Positions 18,283-26,798 of a stretch of DNA of 64,000 bases are shown piece after piece. Below the pieces are notes generated by a model. That model had not been told where the DNA came from, ran no database searches, and saw nothing but the letters and a program-made list of their open reading frames with translations. The stretch's first letter is position 1. Every line of letters begins with the position of its first letter. The DNA comes from an uncultured Gammaproteobacteria bacterium (lineage in GTDB: Bacteria > Patescibacteriota > Microgenomatia > UBA8517): contig CAZRJH010000003.1 in the NCBI GenBank assembly GCA_964600575.1, positions 17,640 through 81,639 on the forward strand, written 5' to 3'. The position numbers were made by a program, and so were the translations under genes.

Positions 18283-19746
18283 ATGGAAAAAGCTGGCCGC
18301 GGTCTCATCTTCGATAAAGCCGTAAAAATTGACGATATCCTTTATCAAACCGCTGTTGATAAGTCTTCGATGATTGTCGCAATTCCGGATGGTTCAAAAC
18401 GACTTGATGTGTTCGAAGGTCCATATAGAGTTGGTATAGAAACTGCCGCAGAATTTAAAAAAGGAGCAAATATAGTTGTAATAGAAAGACCCGATCCCGA
18501 ATCTTGGGCACAAAAAAATTGCGAGAATTTAGAAGCTATTATTTTTGACGAGATGGAAGGCAAACCAAGGTATAGGGTTAATTCAGATATCTTAACGGCG
18601 GGCGGGCATAGCAGCGCCCCGGTTTATAAAAGATCCACCATTTCTTTTGCTCAACAATTTCAGTTTTCTAGAGAAAACGCTCCTCCGGGTGGTTATCTTG
18701 GAATGAACGATTTTAATATTTTTGTCTCAAAAGAAAATATTTCTCTTGAGACATTTTTTAAAGAACATCTGCCTATGTATACGGATACCGATCGCCATCT
18801 TGTTTTTGTAGTTCCTCCGGGCGGCATCGAAACAATTAAGGGGGCGATGTCCAAAACTGGTTTAGACAAAAAGCTAAAGGCGTCATACGACGTAGGTGTC
18901 CGAAGACAAAAGCTTGATTCCAATGTAAATGTTGCGGCTTTAGCCAAGAAAACCCTTGCTTCGGTTTCCGAGTTGGAGGCTAGTGCAAAAACACAAATTG
19001 ATTCAAAAAGATTGGCCGAAAAAGAACGAGAGCTTTTTGAGGTTCCAAAACCCGATAAACGAAAAACTGATTTGGGTTGGAAAGAAAACGCGGCTATAGA
19101 AAAAACTAGAATTGTCAGGGCTGTTGCTACAGAAATTAAACGAGGCATGGGCTCCAAGTACGCACTGGAAAAAGCAGCTGTTGTTTATGCTGCGGGAGAT
19201 CGAATGCGCAAGTGTCCTTTTGTGCCTTCGGGAGTCGGAGTGGCTATGGAAAGTTATATACCCGACGACTTTTTAGGTACACCCGAAATAAAAGTTAAAA
19301 ATGCAGCCATGGACGTTCTTCAGGAGATCTGGAATGATGCACCTGATGTGGTTAGGAATTATATTCAAGCAATGAGCGATATGAGCGGTCTGCCATTTTT
19401 GCGTCACCATGCAGAGTTTATGTGGAAAGAAATCAGAGAGGCTCGTGCAGATATGCAGGAATACGAAAAATATCTTAGGAAAAAGGGCGAAGACTTACCC
19501 CAAAAATATGACCCCGAGTTTATAGCAGAGATGGTTTTTTATGCATTCCCCGAAATTAATTCCAATGAGGGATTTTCCTTTTCCCGTTCACGCAGGGAGC
19601 TTAGACTTGATGTAGGAGAAGACGGTTTAATACCCGATAACGAAAAGTTCGACTTGGTGATATTGGAAAAAGCTGTAAAACTTTATCCCAAAGATCAAAA
19701 ATTAAAAACCTCGCTTGATGATTTACGGAGACATGTAAAAAGGTAA
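18283..19746 (+). CDS. Hypothetical protein (487 aa)
   Basis: Long ORF; no recognised domain. Confidence 0.5.
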   Translation: MEKAGRGLIFDKAVKIDDILYQTAVDKSSMIVAIPDGSKRLDVFEGPYRVGIETAAEFKKGANIVVIERPDPESWAQKNCENLEAIIFDEMEGKPRYRVNSDILTAGGHSSAPVYKRSTISFAQQFQFSRENAPPGGYLGMNDFNIFVSKENISLETFFKEHLPMYTDTDRHLVFVVPPGGIETIKGAMSKTGLDKKLKASYDVGVRRQKLDSNVNVAALAKKTLASVSELEASAKTQIDSKRLAEKERELFEVPKPDKRKTDLGWKENAAIEKTRIVRAVATEIKRGMGSKYALEKAAVVYAAGDRMRKCPFVPSGVGVAMESYIPDDFLGTPEIKVKNAAMDVLQEIWNDAPDVVRNYIQAMSDMSGLPFLRHHAEFMWKEIREARADMQEYEKYLRKKGEDLPQKYDPEFIAEMVFYAFPEINSNEGFSFSRSRRELRLDVGEDGLIPDNEKFDLVILEKAVKLYPKDQKLKTSLDDLRRHVKR

Positions 19747-19754
19747 ACTAAGCA

Positions 19755-20327
19755 ATGACTGCTCGTACTCATAATGCATTTGCGTTCGCTTCGCTTATAA
19801 CTGCCGCCGCATTTATTCCCGTAGATAAAATTAACACCACAACCTTAATATTTGCGGTTATTGGTACAAACATAGGTGCTCTTATTCCTGATATGGATAC
19901 TTCGGGAAATTACCTTTGGGGACTTTTGCCTCAGGGAGATATCTTAGGAAGTTATCTTCGAAGAATCTTTTATAAACACCGAACAATAACCCACTCTCTT
20001 TTGGGATTTTTCTTGATATTTAAGTCTTTGGAGTGGCTTTTGACCAAACTTTTAAACCCCGGTTTTGTGGACCCTTATGTGATTTTGGTAGCAATAATGA
20101 TAGGGTATGCTTCACATCTTCTTTCGGATAGTCTTACCGAGGAAGGCATTCCCCTTCTTTTTCCTTTGCATTTAACTTTTGGAATACCGCCTATCAAAAA
20201 AGTCAGAATAAAAACAGGCGGGTGGTTCGAAAATCTGGTTATATTCCCCGCAATCTGGATTTATTTGGTTTGGTTTGTAAACTTGAATAAAGATACTTTT
20301 CTTTCAATATTTAAAAAACTAGTTTAG
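19755..20327 (+). CDS. Membrane-bound metal-dependent hydrolase-like protein (YdjM/DUF457-like)
   Basis: HRTITHSLLG motif, several TM segments, 190 aa. Confidence 0.45.
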   Translation: MTARTHNAFAFASLITAAAFIPVDKINTTTLIFAVIGTNIGALIPDMDTSGNYLWGLLPQGDILGSYLRRIFYKHRTITHSLLGFFLIFKSLEWLLTKLLNPGFVDPYVILVAIMIGYASHLLSDSLTEEGIPLLFPLHLTFGIPPIKKVRIKTGGWFENLVIFPAIWIYLVWFVNLNKDTFLSIFKKLV

Positions 20328-20339
20328 TTTTCCCCACAA

Positions 20340-20378
20340 AAAAGCCCCCGTTGGAGAAATTCCTAGGGGGCCTGGCGG
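20340..20378 (-). terminator. Intrinsic terminator for the minus-strand nucleosidase gene; hairpin overlaps its stop codon
   Basis: gccccc-N16-gggggc stem; the minus-strand reading is followed by TTTTTTGTGG. Confidence 0.5.
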
Positions 20379-21109
20379 GCAAAATACATAAGTACAAATC
20401 GGAGTGCAACATCGGCGCTGTTTTCTGCAGCTTCCTGATAATGAGATTTGTCTTTCTCACCGTCTGCGTAATCGCTCACGCTTCTAACGGCGATAAAAGG
20501 CACACCATTTTCGGAAGCAACTTTGGCAGCCCAATAAGATTCCATATCCACGACACTGCCGCGGAAGTTTGTTCGGATCACCTCGACTGTTTCCGGGTTG
20601 GAAACAAATACATCGGAAGTAACGCCGCTTTCGGGAATTCCTACATTGGTTAAGCCATGCGCAATTTGGACAAAATCGTCGTTGATATCAATAACATTTC
20701 CGCTTCCAAGATCGTACCAACTGGTTGGAACAACGGTGTCACCGATAGCAAGACTTTCATCAATCCCTCCCGCTATGCCGGAAAAAACTATTGCCTCAAC
20801 ATCAAAATTTTCAATTGTCTTTTGAGTTGAGTTTACGGCGTTTTCGGGACCGACACCTGTTGAGAAGATTACTATTTCGTAACCTCTAAGATCGGCAACG
20901 GTATATAGGATTTCGTCCTCTAAGCACTGAGAAATGATATCCACTCTGCTTTCGACCGCTTGTCGTTCCATCCCAAAGGCGGTAGCCACAAAAATATGGC
21001 TTTGGCCGCTTATTTCGGGGTAACAGGTATTTTGGTTTCCGTTGGAAACGCAACCCGTTAAAAGAACCAAAGAGACAAGTAGTGCAAAGATATGTTTGGA
21101 CACAAACAC
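20363..21109 (-). CDS. PNP/UDP-1 family nucleosidase (MTA/SAH-nucleosidase-like) with lipoprotein-type signal peptide
   Basis: FSGIAGGI, VDMES, VRSVSD motifs (MtnN/Pfs-like); N-terminal hydrophobic segment ending LLTGC (lipobox); GTG start. Confidence 0.6.
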   Translation of the reverse strand: MFVSKHIFALLVSLVLLTGCVSNGNQNTCYPEISGQSHIFVATAFGMERQAVESRVDIISQCLEDEILYTVADLRGYEIVIFSTGVGPENAVNSTQKTIENFDVEAIVFSGIAGGIDESLAIGDTVVPTSWYDLGSGNVIDINDDFVQIAHGLTNVGIPESGVTSDVFVSNPETVEVIRTNFRGSVVDMESYWAAKVASENGVPFIAVRSVSDYADGEKDKSHYQEAAENSADVALRFVLMYFARQAP

Positions 21110-21158
21110 TCCTCGTTACAAGTTAATAATGTCAAACTATGCAAGCTGACAAGGCTAA

Positions 21159-21187
21159 ATTCTAGCAGAAAACTCTCAAGAAGTCAA
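21159..21187 (-). promoter_or_regulatory. Promoter TTGACT-17-TAGAAT upstream of the nucleosidase gene
   Basis: Minus strand reads cccatagtaTTGACTtcttgagagttttctgcTAGAAT. Confidence 0.4.
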
Positions 21188-21209
21188 TACTATGGGGTTA
21201 CAAAATAAA

Positions 21210-21719
21210 CTACCCAAGAAGCTTTTCAAGTTTATCGAGGGCCTCGTTGAAGTCGTCCGCGTTGTCCAAATTCAATCTACCTTCGGTCGTGTAGTTCTTC
21301 TTAAGCGTCATGCGGGACGATTCGGGGGAAATAACAATATAGTCCATTACCACCTCTCTGGGCTCGTCTGTTCCTACAATAAATTTCCCGAAATAGGCTT
21401 CCTCGTCACCGTAACTATTTGGGTTGTAATACGGCAAAATGATAATAGTTAGTCCTTTTTTGTGCGAAAGTTCGGCTCCAACACCTACGGCTTCTTGGCC
21501 GGGAAGAATATAATCAAAAAAAGCTAGCGCTATGGCCAGGCCAGGTTTGTGGGAATTCAGAGCTTCTGCAATGTTTTTTCCATGCTTAAGATCTGCCTCC
21601 AAAGATATAATTTTGATTTCATGCTTAAAACCTTCGGCTAGTTGCTTTATGCGTGAGTCCATCCTTATAGCGTCGGCAAAAGCCGTTACCACAAGCGATT
21701 CCTTTGTTTCTTTTTCCAT
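21210..21719 (-). CDS. Hypothetical protein (169 aa), possibly a Rossmann-like fold
   Basis: Long ORF; no confident motif. Confidence 0.4.
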   Translation of the reverse strand: MEKETKESLVVTAFADAIRMDSRIKQLAEGFKHEIKIISLEADLKHGKNIAEALNSHKPGLAIALAFFDYILPGQEAVGVGAELSHKKGLTIIILPYYNPNSYGDEEAYFGKFIVGTDEPREVVMDYIVISPESSRMTLKKNYTTEGRLNLDNADDFNEALDKLEKLLG

Positions 21720-21906
21720 TTGCGAATTTTACCATGCATTTCAAGAAAACCACGTCATTTAACGGCATGGATGAATTGAACGCAGGGCGAAAATTGGTTT
21801 TGCAACCTTAAAAAACGGAGTATATTTTACTTCGGCAGTTTTACACCTTTTCCTGTAAAAAGCATAAAAAAGATGGTAGTATCTTTTTGCGGGTATAGTT
21901 TTATAT

Positions 21907-22470
21907 ATGGAAAATCAAGCTCAACAAAACAGTCCCCCTTACGAATTTTCAGAAAACAAAACAAATCTTATTGCTCTCGGTATTGCTTTGGGTTTAGTAG
22001 CTTTGGGATTTTTCTTTTTTACAAAAATGAATTCAAAGCAAGAAAAAATTAGCGACTATACAAGTCCTACTTCGGCAGCTACAATAACATCTGGTTCGGC
22101 CCCGACGCCTCAAACTTCGGTAGCCGCCAAAAAACAAATTATGGATAACGGGCTAGAAATTCAAGATTTGGTAGTAGGAACAGGGGCAGAAGCAACTGTA
22201 GGAAAAAAGATTACCGTTAACTATACGGGAACACTTACCGACGGCACAAAGTTTGATAGCTCCAAAGATCATGGAACACCTTTTAGCTTTACACTTGGCG
22301 CGGGACAGGTCATCCAAGGTTGGGATCAGGGATTTGCAGGAATGAAAATAGGCGGAAAAAGAAAACTCACTATCCCGGCAAGTTTGGGTTATGGCGATAG
22401 CGGTGTACCTGGTGCTATTCCTCCCGGGGCAACTTTGATATTCGAAGTTGAACTTCTTAAGGTTGAATAA
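21907..22470 (+). CDS. FKBP-type peptidyl-prolyl cis-trans isomerase with N-terminal membrane anchor
   Basis: [57 protein letters not shown] is the canonical FKBP domain. Confidence 0.85.
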   Translation: MENQAQQNSPPYEFSENKTNLIALGIALGLVALGFFFFTKMNSKQEKISDYTSPTSAATITSGSAPTPQTSVAAKKQIMDNGLEIQDLVVGTGAEATVGKKITVNYTGTLTDGTKFDSSKDHGTPFSFTLGAGQVIQGWDQGFAGMKIGGKRKLTIPASLGYGDSGVPGAIPPGATLIFEVELLKVE

Positions 22471-22545
22471 CTTTATAACCGATAGTTTGCAAACAAAAAC
22501 TTCTTTTTGTACAATTCAGCGGTTCAGATTTAAAATGGAGAAGCT

Positions 22546-23064
22546 ATGAGCTCGTTTAAAAATTCCAAACTGTTAGGGCTTTTGGTTGCGGTAGCCATTT
22601 CGGGTTTGATTATCATTTTTCGAGAGCAAATTGCGGCGCTTGCGGGATACGGCTATGCAGGCCTGTTTCTTTTGAATGTTTTCGGAAGCGCGACGCTTTT
22701 TTTGCCGACACCGCTATTTCTAACTACCGTTGCTGCAGCTTCGGTTCTCAATCCTTTTTGGGTAACAATTGTTGCGGCAGCAGGCGGGACCATTGGTGAG
22801 CTGACTGGTTATTTGGCTGGCAAAAGCGGTTCAGAGATTGTAAGCAGTCATGCGGAACGCATACAAGGGTGGATGGAAAAGTATGGAGCCTTTGCCCTTT
22901 TTGTGCTAGCCGCAATCCCAAACCCGTTGTTTGACATAGCCGGAATTATCGCTGGAGCAACAGGTATTCCTGTTTGGAAATATCTGCTGGCTCTTTTTTT
23001 CGGCAAAATAATCAAATTCGGCGCTTTGGCGTTTTTTGGTTACCAAACCATCAAGTTGTTTTAG
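22546..23064 (+). CDS. DedA/YqaA-family (SNARE-associated, TVP38-like) membrane protein
   Basis: Small 4-TM protein with LNPFWV.....GGTIGELTGYLAG pattern. Confidence 0.65.
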   Translation: MSSFKNSKLLGLLVAVAISGLIIIFREQIAALAGYGYAGLFLLNVFGSATLFLPTPLFLTTVAAASVLNPFWVTIVAAAGGTIGELTGYLAGKSGSEIVSSHAERIQGWMEKYGAFALFVLAAIPNPLFDIAGIIAGATGIPVWKYLLALFFGKIIKFGALAFFGYQTIKLF

Positions 23065-23068
23065 GTCC

Positions 23069-23107
23069 AAAGGCCTGCACTTTTTAACGGTGCAGGCCTT
23101 TTTTTGT
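23069..23107 (+). terminator. Strong intrinsic terminator
   Basis: aaggcctgcac-tttttaacg-gtgcaggcctt with 10-bp perfect stem, followed by T8. Confidence 0.75.
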
Positions 23108-23166
23108 TAATAAACCTTGCAAACCTGTTAAACTGGAATAATAATTTAGAAAAGGAGGTGATTTTG

Positions 23167-23580
23167 ATGATTAATTTATCAACTAATTGGTTGCCTATAG
23201 CTGCTTCTGCAATTGCATCTATGGTTTTGGGATTTGTTTGGTATTCAAAAGTACTTTTCGGTCAGGAGTGGGCGGAGCTCACAAAAATCCCCCTAAAAGA
23301 AATGACACCCAAAAAAGGTGCAGCAAAAGTTTATTTATTGGGGACTATAAGCGCATTTGTTACCGCTTTTGTTCTAAAACAATTTATAGATCTTTTTTAT
23401 ATTGTTAATGTAATGGACGCCCTGCAGCTTGCTTTTTGGATTTGGTTTGGTTTTTGTGCAACCGTCTTACTAACGGGTGTTTTGTATAAAAAAGAATCCT
23501 GGAAGCTTTTTATAATTAATGCGGGCTATCAGTTGGCAAGCCTAATGGCTATGGCTGCCATCTTTAGTTATTGGCAGTAA
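23167..23580 (+). CDS. DUF1761-like small membrane protein
   Basis: MINLSTNWLPIAASAIASMVLGFVWYS N-terminus; SD AAGGAGGTG 8 nt upstream of ATG 23167; the track ORF starts further upstream at 23104. Confidence 0.5.
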   Translation: MINLSTNWLPIAASAIASMVLGFVWYSKVLFGQEWAELTKIPLKEMTPKKGAAKVYLLGTISAFVTAFVLKQFIDLFYIVNVMDALQLAFWIWFGFCATVLLTGVLYKKESWKLFIINAGYQLASLMAMAAIFSYWQ

Positions 23581-23594
23581 GTAAATAAAAGAAA

Positions 23595-24173
23595 ATGGGA
23601 AAATTCCTGCTCGGTATATTTGCTTTGGCCGTATTCGCCGGGGCTATCTATCTTTTTGCGTTTCATAAAAACGGATTTGAATTTAGCTCGGGTGGTATTT
23701 CTATCGGCCGTGCAACAATGTCTTTTAGTAGTCAGGAATTTAGAAACGGCGGGGAGATTCCTATACGCTTCACTTGCGATGGAGAAAATGTAATCCCTCC
23801 TATGACTATAGACAGAACCCCGGGTGATGCTTCGAGTTTGGTGATAATTATAGAAGACACAAATTCAAAACCGGAGGGATTTACTCATTGGCTTATCTAT
23901 AATATCGATCCCTCGAGGCAAAATATAGAATTTGGCAAGACCCCGGAAGAAGCCGAAACCGGCAGAAACGATTTTGGTAATGTGGGCTACGGCGGTCCTT
24001 GCCCACCTCAGGCGGAGGCGCATAAATACAACTTTAAAGTTTATGCTCTTAAAACAAAGCTTGCCATCGAAGGTAACGCCACCCGTACAGAAGTAGAAAG
24101 GGCAATGCAAGGAATGATAATTGCCCAAGGTGGTTTTAGCGGAATTTACACCAACCAGTTCGCAACCAGATGA
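23595..24173 (+). CDS. PEBP (YbhB/YbcL) family protein with N-terminal membrane anchor
   Basis: GYGGPCPP..HKYNFKVYAL signature of bacterial PEBP/Raf-kinase-inhibitor-like proteins. Confidence 0.8.
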   Translation: MGKFLLGIFALAVFAGAIYLFAFHKNGFEFSSGGISIGRATMSFSSQEFRNGGEIPIRFTCDGENVIPPMTIDRTPGDASSLVIIIEDTNSKPEGFTHWLIYNIDPSRQNIEFGKTPEEAETGRNDFGNVGYGGPCPPQAEAHKYNFKVYALKTKLAIEGNATRTEVERAMQGMIIAQGGFSGIYTNQFATR

Positions 24174-24185
24174 TACAATCCTCGG

Positions 24186-25286
24186 GTGAGAAATAAATTT
24201 TTTAAATATAAAGGCGGCAAGCTCCAACTCCCCGTATTTTTCCCCGACGCAACACGGGGTGTTCTAAAATCTTTAGATAGTTTAGATATCAAAAATACAC
24301 AAACTCCCGGAGTTCTCGTAAATACTTATCATTTATGGCACGGCCTTCCTCAAAAAATACTTAACGAATTTGGAGGGATTAGGCAATTTATGAATTGGCA
24401 GGGTGCTGTTATATCGGATTCGGGAGGATTCCAGGTTATGTCTGTTATTAAAAAGGGTGTCACCAAAGGAAAAATAAAAGACGAAGGAATTGTTATGTAT
24501 CCCGGTAAAAACAGAAGGTTGGTTTTTAGCCCCGAAGATTCAATAAGATTTCAGATGAACCTGGAAACGGATATGGTTGTGGTTTTAGACGATTTTACAG
24601 ATCCCGACGGAGATAAATCGGATGCTACAGAATCCGTAGAAAGAACTGTTATGTGGGCCGAAAGGTCAAAAAAAGAATTCGAAAAAATTTGCAAAAAGAA
24701 GGGTTTATCCAAAGAAGAAAGGCCATATCTATTGGGAGTAGTTCAGGGTGGGGAGTTTGCCGATGTTCGCAAAGATTGTGCAGTTAGACTAGGGAGAATA
24801 GGCTTCGACGGCTTTGGTTGGGGCGGTTGGCCAATAAACAAAGAGGGAAATTTGGATTTGGAAAGCGCAAAAATTATTTCGGAAAACGCACCCGAAGATT
24901 ATTTACTTTATGGTTTGGGAGTGGGTAAGCCCGAAGATATTGTTGAGAGCGTTAAATTGGGATTTGGAATTTTTGACTGTGTTTTGCCCACCAGGGACGG
25001 GAGACACGGCAGATTGTATGTTTTTGATGCTCCCGATATCTCGCAAATAAATTTACAAAACTCTGACTTCTATCATTTTTATGATGCAAAAAAAGAGAAA
25101 CATTTAACCGATAAGTCGCCCGTAAGTACTGCTTGCGATTGTCTTTTGTGCACAAATTACTCACGCGGCTATCTGTCACATTTATTTAAAATAGGAGATG
25201 TAACCGCTATGCGTTTGGCTTCTATTCACAACCTGCGTTTCTACTCAATTCTCATGGAGAAGCTTAAAGATAGTTCTCCATTCTAA
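24186..25286 (+). CDS. tgt: tRNA-guanine transglycosylase (queuine tRNA-ribosyltransferase) family
   Basis: SDSGGFQV, LVFSPE, DCVLPTRDGRHG, Zn motif CDCLLC..H. Confidence 0.75.
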   Translation: MRNKFFKYKGGKLQLPVFFPDATRGVLKSLDSLDIKNTQTPGVLVNTYHLWHGLPQKILNEFGGIRQFMNWQGAVISDSGGFQVMSVIKKGVTKGKIKDEGIVMYPGKNRRLVFSPEDSIRFQMNLETDMVVVLDDFTDPDGDKSDATESVERTVMWAERSKKEFEKICKKKGLSKEERPYLLGVVQGGEFADVRKDCAVRLGRIGFDGFGWGGWPINKEGNLDLESAKIISENAPEDYLLYGLGVGKPEDIVESVKLGFGIFDCVLPTRDGRHGRLYVFDAPDISQINLQNSDFYHFYDAKKEKHLTDKSPVSTACDCLLCTNYSRGYLSHLFKIGDVTAMRLASIHNLRFYSILMEKLKDSSPF

Positions 25287-25315
25287 ATTTTTAATCAAAC
25301 CTATTTTGCGAGGGG

Positions 25316-25343
25316 TTGACAAATGCAATCATGGGCATATATA
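25316..25343 (+). promoter_or_regulatory. Promoter TTGACA-16-TATATA for the LytR_C gene
   Basis: ggggTTGACAaatgcaatcatgggcaTATATAct, about 30 nt before ATG 25374. Confidence 0.45.
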
Positions 25344-25373
25344 CTGACGCACTTGTAAGGGTAGCCTTAAAAA

Positions 25374-26054
25374 ATGGAAGAAAATCAAAATTCACAACCT
25401 CAAGAAACATATAGTCCTCAAGAACAAAGCGGCGTTTCCTTTCCCACAATAAATCCCGAACCAAAAAAATCAGGCGGACCAAAAATGTTTTTGATAATCG
25501 GAATTTTAATCCTGGTTGCAATACTCGGTTTTGTTATTTATAAAAGTGCGACTAAAAAATCAGATGCCCCCGAAGCTACTCCTTTTGCAAATTTAACAAC
25601 CACTGACACACCAAGCAGTTTCCCTACACCCACACCCACACCCGTCGGAACACCTAAAGCTTCTATAGATAAATCTAAAATAGTTATCGAGATTCAAAAT
25701 GGAACAGGAATAACAGGTGAAGCGGGTTATTTGCAAACACAACTCAAAAGCTTGGGTTACACAAATACCAAAGTTGGAAACGCGCCGACTCAGGATGCAA
25801 CGGCAACAACGGTTACTTTTTCTTCCAAACTTGATGCAAGCATAGTTTCGGAACTTACACAAAAATTAAATTCTCTTTATCAAACAGTTACAACCAAAAC
25901 ATCAACATCTCAAACCTCCGATGTTATCGTGGTAACGGGAGTCAGAAAAGGAGCATCGGCTTCTTCTACGGCAACCCCAAGAGCAACCGCATCCCCAACG
26001 GGAACACCTAAGGCAACTGTTTCTCCAACTCCCAAGGCAACAACAACCCCTTAA
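25374..26054 (+). CDS. LytR C-terminal (LytR_C) domain protein; membrane anchor, Pro/Thr-rich linkers
   Basis: IEIQNGTGITGEAGYLQTQLKSLGY is the typical LytR_C core; TM at residues ~38-56; PTPTPTP and C-terminal TPK repeats. Confidence 0.65.
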   Translation: MEENQNSQPQETYSPQEQSGVSFPTINPEPKKSGGPKMFLIIGILILVAILGFVIYKSATKKSDAPEATPFANLTTTDTPSSFPTPTPTPVGTPKASIDKSKIVIEIQNGTGITGEAGYLQTQLKSLGYTNTKVGNAPTQDATATTVTFSSKLDASIVSELTQKLNSLYQTVTTKTSTSQTSDVIVVTGVRKGASASSTATPRATASPTGTPKATVSPTPKATTTP

Positions 26055-26080
26055 TTTCCCCTGTGCTAGAATGATTCTAA

Positions 26081-26536
26081 ATGGAGCTCTTTTTTGAGTA
26101 TTTTTCAAAGACTATTGATGTGGACCTGTTGGGCAAAAACATTCCTGTTCCTTACGTACAAGTTTCACTTCTCGTTTTTCTTATCTTTCTCTTGATTCTT
26201 ACAATGGCTCAGTACAGAAGACATACAGTTGACTACTCATTCAAAGGTGCAGGCTTCGGAATACTTTTTGGTTTTATGCTGGCCCTTACCCTTGAAGGTT
26301 TTTTACTGGTAAAGGGAAGTACTGCAATTACCTCACTATTAGGCTGGAAAAATGCACCCAAGCCGATAAGTGTTATGCTTGATTCGGGTAGAACAAAGCT
26401 GGAGCAAGTTTTGGGCATGCAGGATAGTGCCCAAGCAGTTGTTAAATCCAGTATTCCCCAAGAAGCAATAAAAGTTTTTCAAGGTCTTACCCCCCAGGAT
26501 AGAGAGAAAATTAAGAGCCTAATTTGTACTCCGTAA
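26081..26536 (+). CDS. Hypothetical membrane protein (151 aa)
   Basis: Two or three hydrophobic segments; no motif. Confidence 0.4.
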   Translation: MELFFEYFSKTIDVDLLGKNIPVPYVQVSLLVFLIFLLILTMAQYRRHTVDYSFKGAGFGILFGFMLALTLEGFLLVKGSTAITSLLGWKNAPKPISVMLDSGRTKLEQVLGMQDSAQAVVKSSIPQEAIKVFQGLTPQDREKIKSLICTP

Positions 26537-26575
26537 AGCCTTCCAATTTACGATTTAGATAAGTAGCCTATAATC

Positions 26576-26604
26576 TTGACATTTGATCAAAAATACTGTA
26601 TGAT
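26576..26604 (+). promoter_or_regulatory. Promoter TTGACA-17-TATGAT at the AT-rich left edge of the GC-rich island
   Basis: gccTATAATcTTGACAtttgatcaaaaatactgTATGAT; implies a ~190-nt leader before ATG 26799. Confidence 0.45.
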
Positions 26605-26798
26605 TCCCACTGGAGTTAGGTCTTTGTCCTTTTTGGGAATGTAAGCCCTAACTTTATTTTTGTTTGTACATTAACAAACCAAGAATATAAAAAAACAAGT
26701 TAAAAGGTTTTCTCCTTTTGGTGCCGACGAAAGAGACCAGCTCTGAAACATTAGAGATGGCATCTTTTAATCGGCATCAAGAAATATGGAAGGAGCCT

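Noticed and set aside
20351-20653. 100-aa plus-strand ORF inside the nucleosidase gene
   Set aside because: Antisense to a gene with clear PNP-family motifs; its start overlaps the terminator hairpin
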